Assembly: GCF_006345805.1 (NCBI RefSeq)
Contig: NC_043023.1
Span: 5,022,001 to 5,086,000, forward strand
Length of the DNA stretch: 64,000 nt
Direction: 5' to 3'
Origin: Octopus sinensis
Lineage: Eukaryota
The notes below the pieces were generated by a model. It ran no database searches. It saw nothing but the letters and a program-made list of their open reading frames with translations, and was not told where the DNA came from. Below, in pieces: positions 53,461 through 64,000 of the stretch. The first letter of the stretch is position 1, and each line of letters starts with the position of its first letter. Both the position numbers and the translations under genes were made by a program.

Positions 53461-53829
53461 TTAAAATGAGGGTGAGAAATTAGATATTAATTTAATTAAC
53501 ATCGATTTCACACCAGTGGTCTAGCATATAAAAAAACTGAAGGTTCAGTAAAATTGTATTATCATCTGGACGGTCGCACCGATGATCTATGGACATTTAT
53601 GTAAGTAAAATTATATAAGATGTTAATAGTGAAACATGCATGTGAATAATCCATGTTTTTATTGCTTTTTCTTTTGTGTTGCTCGATTACGTTTTGCTAA
53701 ATTTTTCTTGAGAACATTTCTTAGTGGTAAGACCATAGTGGATCTATTTCTAGCATAAGGGTGTCCACATAGTTGTTTCCCTCTAATATGTATATATATA
53801 TAATGTATGTATGTTATGTTACATTCTTC

Positions 53830-54745
53830 CTTAGATCTCTTTTGAGTCTTACTTGCCTTATCCTGGCCTCTTCAAATGCTTTCACTCCACTCCACACCTT
53901 TGATCACTTTCCAACTTGATCCAAAGCAACAGTTTCTATATCGCCTGGAATCATTCCAAGTGACTTCATAGTAGTCCTTATGCCGTCCTTAAACCTTTTT
54001 TTTAGGTTTACACCCATAGCGTTTCCTCTCTGCAAGCTCACCATAAGACAGCTGATAGCCACACCATCTCAATTGGTTCCTCAAAATCATAGCTTTAATT
54101 GAGGTGATGCCTGCAGGTGCAAGGACATCTGTGTTTGGAGTAAAATGCAACGAAAGCATTTTTGATGGAATTGTTCTAACAATTTAAAATGCCTTTCATA
54201 ACAAGTCCATGTTTCACAAGAATGCAACAGGGATGGTACGACAAATGATTTGTGAAGAGCCAGCTTTGTATTCTTATTTATATGTCACTGGCACCAAATG
54301 CATGACTCCAAGCCACCAAATGCTTGTGCTGCCCTTTGAATTCACAGCTGCATTTCTGTATCAAGATTGAGAAGGTGAATGACAATGACCTTTTTGTGTG
54401 CACAGCCTGTGACAGGACATGCCTGTCTTTTGCTGGCCTCAGATCTCATCTGCGAACACATGGAAAACAAACCTCCACCAACTATTCTGTCTATATGTCT
54501 GTGCACACCTTTGAATGCAGTGTATGCCAGGTTTGCAAATCCAACGAAGGCCTCAAAAGACATTTTAAGTTCCACAAAGAGCAGAACTTATCTACAGCTC
54601 TTGGTGGTCCAAATCAGAGGTGCAATCAATGTGGGTGTCTTTTCAGAATATTGTCTGGTTTAAAAAGCCACATCAGAGGCCATGATGGATCTAAGGTGTA
54701 AGTACAAAAGGTGGTCAGACTCTGCATAAGGAGTGGACAACTGCC
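53830..54745. mobile_element. Two opposed RTE-like LINE 3' ends; the + strand one carries three C2H2 fingers (duplicated at about 58400-59300)
   Basis: Minus strand: YGELAERKRYGCKPKKRFKD...GVKAFEEAR. Plus strand: CTACDRTCLSFAGLRSHLRTH, CSVCQVCKSNEGLKRHFKFH, CNQCGCLFRILSGLKSHIRGH. Confidence 0.7.
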
Positions 54746-54887
54746 ATAAATGTATGTGTGTGCAATTTATAGGAAAGTTCCAGGGGAATAATTACAAGGT
54801 AGCTAAAAGCTGCTTAAGTGTCCTAAAATAGAGAACATTGAAAAAGTAGACAAATGCTCAGGATGTTATTAAAACATTTATATCTTC

Positions 54888-54981
54888 ATATCTTCTACAT
54901 ATGTTTCGATGGATGCATTCAAAATATGTCCGACAGGAATAATTATGGTCAGGTATGCATCAATCTCACCAGGAAAGATAT
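54888..54981 (-). ncRNA. Hammerhead relic with CUGGUGA core variant (copy at 59499-59592)
   Basis: ATATCTTTC-CTGGTGA-GATTGATGCA...TGCATCCATC-GAAAC-ATAT-GTA-GAAGATAT. Helix II 9 of 10 pairs; A6 is changed to G. Confidence 0.65.
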
Positions 54982-55117
54982 AAACAACAACACTCATCAA
55001 ACAGACATTTTTACAGATATAGGAAGCCCTAGAAAATATGACATATTTATACATATATGCACGTACATATACACACACACATATATGCAACATGCATACA
55101 TACACATACACACACAA

Positions 55118-55163
<46 letters not shown>

Positions 55164-55171
55164 ATATATAT

Positions 55172-55650
55172 AATAACAAAGGGTGAAATTAATTAATTAA
55201 GAAGTAATCAGTAATTTCACCAAGTAGAATTCGGCATGAAAAGGACCATTTCATGATAAGCTTAAGTAATACTTTATAATTAGGGTTCAGCAACAATTTG
55301 CTTCACCACATACCGAAGTTTAGAAATAGCAGTCAAAAAACTTAGCTATTCCTTCTACTGTAAAGGGGGTTCCCAGAAAAACCAAAGCACTTGAAAACAA
55401 ACCACGCAGGCAAAAGGGAAAAACGACGAAAATCATCCTATATTAGGTTACCCACGTACGTAAGTGGGTAACCTAATATCGATTGATTTTCGTTATTTTT
55501 CCCTATTGCCTGCATGGTTTGTTTTCAAGTGCTTTGGTTTTTCTGGGAACTCCCTTTAAAGTAGAAGGAATAGATAAGATTTTTTGACTGCCATTTCTAA
55601 ACTTCGGTATGTGGTGAAGCAAATTGTTGCTGAACCCTAATTATAAAGTA
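55172..55650. mobile_element. Fold-back element with a 381-bp palindrome (55270-55650), related to the tandem-array unit
   Basis: Arms are near-perfect reverse complements around CCCAC-GTACGTAA-GTGGG; flanked by (TA)n. Confidence 0.85.
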
Positions 55651-56796
55651 TATATATATATATACATACATACATACACACACACACATATATATACATA
55701 CACAAATATATATACATACACATGCAACATATATACACATATATACTTATTCTATCGGCCTCTTTTGCCGAACTGCTAAGTTACGGGGACGTAAACACAC
55801 CAGCATCAGTTGTCAAGCGATGTTGGGAGGACAAACACTAACACACAAACACATACACGCACATACATACATATATGTATATATAAATGACAGGCTTCTT
55901 TCAGTTTCCATCTACCAAAATAGTAGAAGACACTAGCTAAAAATGCCATGCAGTGGGACTGAACCTGGAACCATGTAGTTGGTAAGCAAGCTACTTACTA
56001 CACGGCCATTCCTGTGCGTTACAGCCATTTCTTCCTGAAATTCTCTCATCCCTTTTTCTATAAATGATTTGATAAAGGTATATATAGGCAGAAGGTGTGA
56101 TCCAGTGATGATTCAGGTTTGTTGTATGAGAATGTATTACATAGAATGTGATTAGATCTGAGATCCTTATGCTGCACAATACTCAACCAATCAAAATACA
56201 GGACTCAACCAAATGTTCCAAACTCACATGATAGGTCAAACGACCAATCAAACATGTGGAGCCTATAAAAGGCTAAATGACTCTAATATGCCATAAAAGA
56301 ACACTAGAAAATTGCTGTTTAGTATTCCTTTTTGGTCTTTACTTTCTGAGTTCAAATCCTGTCATGACCAACTCCACCTTCAATCCCGCCGGGGTCAATA
56401 AAATAAAGTACCAGTCAAATACTGTGGTGAAGGGTTTCAATTAGTTCTCTCCTCTTAAAATTGTTAGCTTTCTGCTGAAATCAGAAGCCATTATTCTGCT
56501 GGTAAATATATTTTCAAGAACCATTGTTGTTTAATCTAGGTCCACACTGATAGAACGGGCCTATATTATTCGGTGTCCTTCCTCTTTCAATTTAAGAGAG
56601 GTTTGGCTGCTACATCTGACATATCTAGCTCCAATGTAAATATCACAGAAACTCATTCCTCATTAATTTTAATGGTTGTTTTATTGTTCTTTTAATGGAT
56701 ATTTAATGGTGTTTTTTAAAGTGTGATTATTTTATGTCTTTCAAAAATTATTTTTTTGCTAAATTATTTTGCTAACTATTAATTTTTTTTTTTCAG

Positions 56797-58299
56797 CTAA
56801 CAACTTTGTTCTACCATAATTATCGTGATGCGAAGGGCAGTTTTAACCATGAGCTTGGGTCAAAGGAGAGCTATGCCTTCACCTTACATCCATTAAAAAA
56901 CAGTAGTTCTGTATTTCGGTTATCCATACATTTCAAACAAGATGAAATCAAATGGTTAAAAGAAAAGGCGGACATGCTGAGAAATGATTTGGAAATGGCA
57001 AAAAGGAGTATAATTGCTAAACAGTTGAAGCATTATTCGATGCCTACCTTAAAGTTCCTTCACGAAATTGAACTTTTGAATCAGAAACCTCAATGGGGAA
57101 CACCCCTCAGATTTTGGTATGGTGCCAACGATGATTCAGCTAACTGGGAGTATATAGAGAAGAATTCGATTTACTCTAAAGAGAACATGTATGGGTCTGC
57201 TAAGCAAAATCTGAATGTGAAAAAGAAGAACCAAATCCTACAGACTGCTGCTAGAACTCTCTTCAATCGATATTTGGAAGGGACTGATGATATCAAGTTA
57301 AAGAATATTCTGCGAGCTTACCGTTATATGTCACCTGTGCAAGGGGTACAACATCTGCTACATGTTTACTTATTGCAACCAAAGTCTAAAAGTAGCCATT
57401 ACAATGCCACATTTATCACTTCACAGCATCTGTTGCCATTGATGTTTACTGAAGAAGAGGATATGTTTCAGGAAGGTTTCCATATCAGATCCAGACACAA
57501 TAATGTGAATGGTAGCAATGAGCTAAAACAGATCAATTTGATCCTACCAATTAGTAAAAAAGTGAAAGAATTTGCACGATTTACTAAGACACTGGAGAAG
57601 ATCTTTAAAGAAACACTTGAGAATCTCAACGTGATTCTTGTCGTGTACAAAGACCCAAACAGGTCCTACCTCAAAAACATAGACAAGATGAAACGCTTGG
57701 AGTCTCAGTATGCTTCCATGAAACTAGAAGTGACATTTTCGTCTGGAAAATTTTCTCGTGCAGTGGCGCTGCAGCATGGCGTGAAGAACTGCAGGAATGA
57801 CTCCCTGCTTCTTTTCCTTGATGTTGATATGGTCATAACAGAAGCGTTTCTACATCGAGTACGAATTAACACAATATATCGCCAGCGAGTGTATTTTCCT
57901 GTCGTCTTCAAAGGATTTAATCCTGAAACAATTTGTTACAAACCAAATTGCAAGAAAAATCCCTTCCTATTTGACCAGAACAATGGCTTTTGGCTATTCT
58001 TTGGTTTTGGTGTGGTTTCCATATACAAGAAAGACTTTCTGGACGTAGGTGGCTTTGACACAAAAATCATAACATGGGGAGGTGAAGATGTAGGTTTCTA
58101 TGAGAGGTGCCTAAAATCCAACCTGACAGTATTCCGAGCCCCTGATTTGGCAGCGGAACATGTTTACCACCAGAGACAATGCCTAGACAATTTAGATGCA
58201 AAACACTACCAGATGTGTATAGGTTCTAAAAATGCAGCATATGGATCCCTGTACAGTGAAGCTGCAGCTATCTACAGATTCTCAGAAATACTAAATTAA
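56797..58299 (+). CDS. CHSY1: Chondroitin sulfate synthase coding exon 4 (C-terminal glycosyltransferase domain, stop codon)
   Basis: TTTCAG phase-0 acceptor. LFYHNY, HPLK, YRY..P..G, INLILP, FSRAVAL, LLLFLDVDM, VYFPVVF, GFWLFFGFG, DFLDVGGFD and WGGEDV motifs; TAA at 58297-58299. Spliced CDS is 2274 nt = 757 aa. Confidence 0.95.
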   Translation, partial: LTTLFYHNYRDAKGSFNHELGSKESYAFTLHPLKNSSSVFRLSIHFKQDEIKWLKEKADMLRNDLEMAKRSIIAKQLKHYSMPTLKFLHEIELLNQKPQWGTPLRFWYGANDDSANWEYIEKNSIYSKENMYGSAKQNLNVKKKNQILQTAARTLFNRYLEGTDDIKLKNILRAYRYMSPVQGVQHLLHVYLLQPKSKSSHYNATFITSQHLLPLMFTEEEDMFQEGFHIRSRHNNVNGSNELKQINLILPISKKVKEFARFTKTLEKIFKETLENLNVILVVYKDPNRSYLKNIDKMKRLESQYASMKLEVTFSSGKFSRAVALQHGVKNCRNDSLLLFLDVDMVITEAFLHRVRINTIYRQRVYFPVVFKGFNPETICYKPNCKKNPFLFDQNNGFWLFFGFGVVSIYKKDFLDVGGFDTKIITWGGEDVGFYERCLKSNLTVFRAPDLAAEHVYHQRQCLDNLDAKHYQMCIGSKNAAYGSLYSEAAAIYRFSEILN

Positions 58300-58331
58300 G
58301 AGGCAAATGATAATAACAAGACATTATTTGA

Positions 58332-59956
58332 TGTCCACAAAGTGGTTTCCCACTAATATGTATATATATATATATATATAATGTATGTATGTTATGTTAC
58401 ATTCTTCCTTAGATCTCTTTTGAGTCTTACTTGCTTTATCCTGGCCTCTTCAAATGCTTTCACTCCACTCCACACCTTTGATCAGTTTCCAACTTGATCC
58501 AAAGCAACAGTTTCTATATCGCCTGGAATCATTCCAAGTGACTTCATAGTAGTCCTTATGCCGTCCTTAAACCTTTTTTTTAGGTTTACACCCATAGCGT
58601 TTCCTCTCTGCAAGCTCACCATCAGACAGCTGATAGCCACACCATCTCAATTGGTTCCTCAAAATCATAGCTTTAATTGAGGTGATGCCTGCAGGTGCAA
58701 GGACATCTGTGTTTGGAGTAAAATGCGACGAAAGCATTTTTGATGGAATTGTTCTAACAATTTAAAATGCCTTTCATAACAAGTCCATGTTTCACAAGAA
58801 TGCAACAGGGATGGTAAGACAAGTTATTTGTGAAGAGCCAGCTTTGTATTCTTATTTATATGTCACTGGCACCAAATGCATGACTCCAAGCCACCGAATG
58901 CTTGTGCTGCCCTTTGAATTTGAGCTGCATTTCTGTATCAAGATTGAGAAGGTGAATGACAATGACCTCAGATCTCATCTGCTGGCCTCAGATCTCATCT
59001 GCGAACACATGGAAAACAAACCTCCACGAACTATTCGGTCTATATGTCTGTGCACACCTTTGAATGCAGTGTATACCAGGTTTGCAAATCCAACGAAGGC
59101 CTCAAAAGACATTTTAAGTTCCACAAAGAGCAGAACTTATCTGCAGCTCTTGGTGGTCCAAATCAGAGGTGCAATCAATGTGGGTGTCTTTTCAGAATAT
59201 TGTCTGGTTTAAAAAGCCACATCAGAGGCCATGATGGATCTAAGGTGTAAGTACAAAAGGTGGTCAGACTCTGCATAAGGAGTGGACAACTGCCATAAAT
59301 GTATGTGTGTGCAATTTATAGGAAAGTTCCAGGGGAATAATTGCAAGGTAGCTAAAAGCTGCTTAAGTGTCCTAAGAAACAATGATCACAGTTGTGTGTA
59401 GTTTGATTCCAGGATAAGAAAGGCATATTCAGGAGAAAATAGAGAACATTGAAAAAGTAGACAAATGCTCAGGATGTTATTAAAACATTTATATCTTCAT
59501 ATCTTCTACATATGTTTCGATGGATGCATTCAAAATATGTCCGACAAGAATAATTATGGTCAGGTATGCATCAATCTCACCAGGAAAGATATAAACAACA
59601 ACACTCATCAAACAGACATTTTTACAGATATAGGAATCCCTAGAAAATATGACATATTTATATGTATATGCACATACACATACACACACACATATATGCA
59701 ACATGCATACATACACATACACACACACACATATATTCTTTTGTACTCTCTTTTACTCTTTTACTTGTTTCAGTCATTTGACTGCGGCCATGCTGGAGCA
59801 CCGCCTTTAGTCGAGCAAATCGACCCTGGGACTTATTCTTTGTAAGCCCAGTACTTATTCTATCGGTCTCTTTTTTGCCGAACCGCTAAGTGATGGGGAT
59901 GTAAACACACCAGCATCGGTTGTCAAGCAATGCTAGGGGGACAAACACACACACAC

Positions 59957-60001
<45 letters not shown>

Positions 60002-61000
60002 TACGACAGGCTTCTTTCAGTTTCCGTCTACCAAATCCACTCACAAGACATTGGTCGGCCCGGAGCTATAGCAGAAGACACCTGCCCAAGATGCTACGCA
60101 GTGGGACTGAACCCGGAACCATGTGGTTGGTTAGCAAGCTACTTACCACACAAAGTGTGAAATTAATTAATTAAGTAATTAATTAATTAGTAATTTCACC
60201 AAGTAGAATTCGGCATGAAAAGGACCATTTCATGGTAAGCTTAAGTAATCTCTCTATATATAAACGGCAGTTTGTCTGTGTGTGTTTCTGTGTGTCTGTT
60301 AGGTTGTACCCTCACCCTGACCACGGCTTTCAACCGATTCTGATGAAACTTGACACACACATAGCCCAATGTCATAATTCAAAACTAACGCAGCGAAAAT
60401 TTTGAAAAGTTCCCCCAGTTCTGAAAAAAATCGATAAATTCGACATGGGGTCGAGAATCAGAAACACAAACCACAGACTGTCTAGGGGACGCAACTCGAC
60501 CTTTTTAACTAAAAAAAAATTTACCATCATTTTTTTTCCATTTTTTGCCTATAACTCACTAAAAATGCTTTATAGTTATTTCCCTTACAAACCCGAGCAA
60601 CGCCGGGCGATACTGCTAGTACTTTATAATTAGGGTTCAGCAACGATTTGCTTCACCACATACCGAAGTTTAGAAATAGCAGTCAAAAAAATCTTAGCTA
60701 TTCCTTCTAACCTAATATAGAATGATTTTCGTCGTTTTTCCCTTTTGCCTGCGTGGTTTGTTTTCAAGTGCTTTGGTTTTTCTGGGAACCTCCTTTAAAG
60801 TTGAAGGAATAGCTAAGATTTTTTGACTGCTATTTCTAAACTTCGGTATGTGGTGAAGAAAATCGTTGCTGAACCCTAATTATATAGTATATATATATAT
60901 ATATATATAATATATATATATATATATACATACATACAAACACACATATATATCTACATACACAAATATATATACATACACATGCAACATATATACATAT
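58332..61000. repeat. Duplicated composite block, copy B (starts 33 bp after the CHSY stop)
   Basis: Same order as copy A, with an extra SINE, a Helitron and private indels. Confidence 0.9.
60249..60619 (+). mobile_element. Non-autonomous Helitron (371 bp)
   Basis: A|TC...CCCGAGCAACGCCGGG hairpin...CTAG|T. The empty site TAAGTAA|TACTTT is visible in copy A at 55269/55270; no target duplication. Confidence 0.9.
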
Positions 61001-61326
61001 ATATCCATATTTATATTTTACATACATGAACATGTATGTATGCAAACATATACACCCTCACACATACATACATACATACACAGATACACATTTACTGAAG
61101 CACATGAACACATTTGTATAGAGACATAGCATACATACAAACAGCAACAAAACCAGATATACACACATATACATATATGGAAAGCTAACTATTGAGGGAA
61201 TGCTAAAAATTAAAAAATGTCCTTAAGGAAATTTACTTCATTGGGTGAGAGAAGAAGAAAAGGCGTAGGAATGGCTGTGTGGTAAGTAGTTTGATTACCA
61301 ACCACATTGTTCCGGGTTCAGTCCCA

Positions 61327-61426
61327 NNNNNNNNNNNNNNNNNNNNNNNNNNNNNNNNNNNNNNNNNNNNNNNNNNNNNNNNNNNNNNNNNNNNNNNNNN
61401 NNNNNNNNNNNNNNNNNNNNNNNNNN
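61327..61426. other. Assembly gap (100 N)
   Basis: Run of N. Confidence 1.
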
Positions 61427-62168
61427 GATAAATAAAGTACCAGTTACGCACTGGGGTCGATATAATCGACTTAATACCTATGTCTGTCCTTGTTTGTCCC
61501 CTCTATGTTTAGCCCCTTGTGGGTAATAAAGAAATAGGTATGTATATGTGCGAGTCCATCAAATTTGATTTTTGTTATTAACTTCTGATATAATCGTAAC
61601 GCACTCTGAAAGGGATTCACAGAAAATTTCATTCGAAAAAGTTACCCATTTTTCAGAAATTTATGAAGAAACAAAGCCTATTCGTATGAATTTTACAAAA
61701 CTCCTCTCCCCATCCCTAGGAAAAAAATTTTTCACAAAATGTTCCGATATTATCAGAATCTACACCATCTGGAGCGTATTTGTAAAAAATTTTCATTGAA
61801 AAATATTAATTTTTCTGGAAGTTATGAGGCAACAAAGTCGGCGTGGTGGGGGGCACACATGTGGAGGAATGCCAGCAGTCGTATAAGTTTGCGGTTATCT
61901 CTACCCCGATAGAGGTCTCCATTGCCACAAGCTCGACCATAATCCTGTCAGAGAACGACCGATACTTTAACAAGTCATTGGACTGTGGCCATGCTGGGGC
62001 ACCTCCCCGAGGGAATTTTTTGCCGAACAAATCGTGTTTTTAAAGCCTGGTATTATATCGGTTTTTCATTTTGCCGAACGATCAAGTTATGGGGACGTAA
62101 ATAAACCAACACCAATTGTCAAACAGTAGTGGGAGACAAACACGCGGTGTGTGTGTGTGTATATATAC

Positions 62169-62218
<50 letters not shown>

Positions 62219-62276
62219 GTATATATGTGTGTGTGTAGTGTGTATGTATGTATGTATGTATGTATGTAATGTATGC

Positions 62277-62315
<39 letters not shown>

Positions 62316-62330
62316 GAAACGCCTATGTGC

Positions 62331-62374
<44 letters not shown>

Positions 62375-62842
62375 GTGTGTATCTCTATACACACAGATCA
62401 GGGGTGGCCGAACCACGGCATACAAGCCCCTTGCGGCTCTTTTACCCCTAGTCTATGTGGCTCTATAATCACAGTAAATATGTAAGTTAAATCTAAAATT
62501 GAAGCCTTATAATTATTAATTATTGGGTATAAATTGATATGAGCAGTGCAGAGCTGTGGAAACTGCTTTTATTGCTTTTGCACAGAAGGTGAACGGCATT
62601 CACCAATTATTTCAAATAAGCCCAGGGACTGGGTCACTAACGGTGATGTTCTTGTCATTGTTGGCGGCTTGTCTTACTGAGGTGTAGAGGGTGATGGTGC
62701 TTGGCTGTTCCAATGCCTTAGCCTTGCCATTGCCTTTGGTAATGCCGCGAGCCTGTTGGCTTGCTTTAGTAGGTTCTGCCGAACCTAATGGTGGGCGACC
62801 ACTTGATGTTGATTTGATGTATTTCTTTTTCTTTTCCTTTCT

Positions 62843-63320
62843 GGGATCTTTTCCTTTTGAACGGCACATGTCAACACAATTTCTAGTTAACTAAACACTT
62901 TAAAACTTCGTATACTGGTAGAATGTGTCAAAATAAAACATTTTTTCTTTTTCTTGGCTTTCTTGAAAATTGTAATTTTTTGTTGTTTAACATAGTTTAA
63001 TTTTTCGAATTTTAACCAACCCTATGCTCTCTAATTGAGCTAAAATCATTTGCTGCGTCTAAAACTGAGACAACATCCTGTAACTAACCCTAACCCTAAA
63101 TTTTAGCCTTTTGTTTTTTTCTTTCTTAATTGTTACGCGTGTGTCTAAAATTATTTGTTGAAAAAAAAAAAACGAAAGGCTAAAATTTAGGGTTAGGGTG
63201 AAGGTGAGGGTGAAGAGAAAAATGTTTTATTTTGACACATTCTACCAGTATACAAAGTTTAAAAGTGTTTAGTTAACTAGAAATTGTGTTGACATGTGCC
63301 GTTCAAATGGAAAAGATCCC
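62843..63320. mobile_element. Long-TIR MITE, Mutator-like
   Basis: GGGATCTTTTCC(T/A)TTTGAACGGCACATGTCAAC... inverted repeats of about 100 bp; flanks TTCCTTTCT / TTCCTTTTT fit a 9-bp target duplication with one mismatch. Confidence 0.7.
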
Positions 63321-64000
63321 TTCCTTTTTGGTGATGCCATTGGTGACTCTGTAGACCAATCCTTGCATAGGAGAGTCAATGGCATTGACTGTTGGTTGAG
63401 GATGAGGTTGATTTTGTCAAGCCTTTCTCTCTTGTCATGTGATTTCTTCCTTTTCTCTTCTGGTAGCTTTGTCTTTAGTTCAGATGGTGATAAAACACTG
63501 CCACTTGCTACGGCCTCGGGCTTGTGTTTTAAACAGTTTAGGCTAAATTCCAGTAGCTTTCGGTGTTGCTTTGAGTTGATCCTTTTATTTTTGATGAGGG
63601 CAACCCCATGGTCTTTATCTTGAAGTGAGCTCACTGGATAAAACTTGATGTGGGAACCTTGACTCTCCCATTCTTGTTACATGTCTTGACCATCGAAGAC
63701 GGTGTTTCATGGTCAGCGACTCAGTACTGTTTTGGCTGTATGGTAAGTAGTTGCTTACCAACCACATGGTTCCAGGTTCAGTCCCACTGCTTGGCACCTT
63801 GGGCAAGTGTCTTCTACTATAGCCTCGGGCCGACCAAAGCCTTGTGAGTGGATTTGGTAGACAGAAACTGAAAAGAAGCCCGTCGTATATATGTATATAT
63901 ATATGTGTGTGCATGTATGTTTGTGTGTCTGTGTTTGTCCCCCAAGCATTGCTTGACAACCGATGCTGGTGTGTTTATGTCCCCGTCACTTAGCAGTTCG

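Larger units (their letters stand above)
53762..55745. repeat. Duplicated composite block, copy A (intron 3)
   Basis: Colinear and highly similar to 58332-61000. Confidence 0.9.

Noticed and set aside
53579-53650. Hammerhead as a stand-alone feature
   Set aside because: CCGATGA core, G at the cleavage position and no clear helix I; counted only as a decayed relic.
54324-54701. Host C2H2 zinc-finger gene
   Set aside because: No start or splice context, duplicated within a repeat block and adjacent to LINE-type sequence.

Overview
Repeat-dense, AT-rich animal genomic DNA. The SINE, MITE and microsatellite content looks like an octopus (coleoid cephalopod) genome; this is inferred from repeat recognition, not a database search. 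Two host genes lie on the + strand. One is a leucine-rich-repeat protein ORF (frame open from base 3 to 2114). The other is a 4-exon chondroitin sulfate synthase (CHSY1-like) gene that I reconstructed as 37258-37383, 47878-48367, 50965-51119 and 56797-58299 (757 aa). The rest is mostly transposon debris: tRNA-derived SINEs, RTE/CR1/Tx1 LINE ends, three Penelope-like elements (PLEs), a truncated LTR retrotransposon, Helitrons, Tc1/mariner, piggyBac and Mutator-type elements. The main unexplained signal is a set of minimal type-I hammerhead ribozyme (HHR) motifs, about a dozen intact or decayed cores. The best case is a non-coding tandem array of about 599 bp x 3.2 (44611-46530) in CHSY intron 1. 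Every full unit carries an intact sense-strand hammerhead, which is the layout of a retrozyme or circular-RNA-derived insertion. A diverged relative of the same unit occurs twice as a fold-back palindrome, and in the intact copy the apex sits on the hammerhead helix-III palindrome. All RNA structures were paired by eye; none has been computed or tested.
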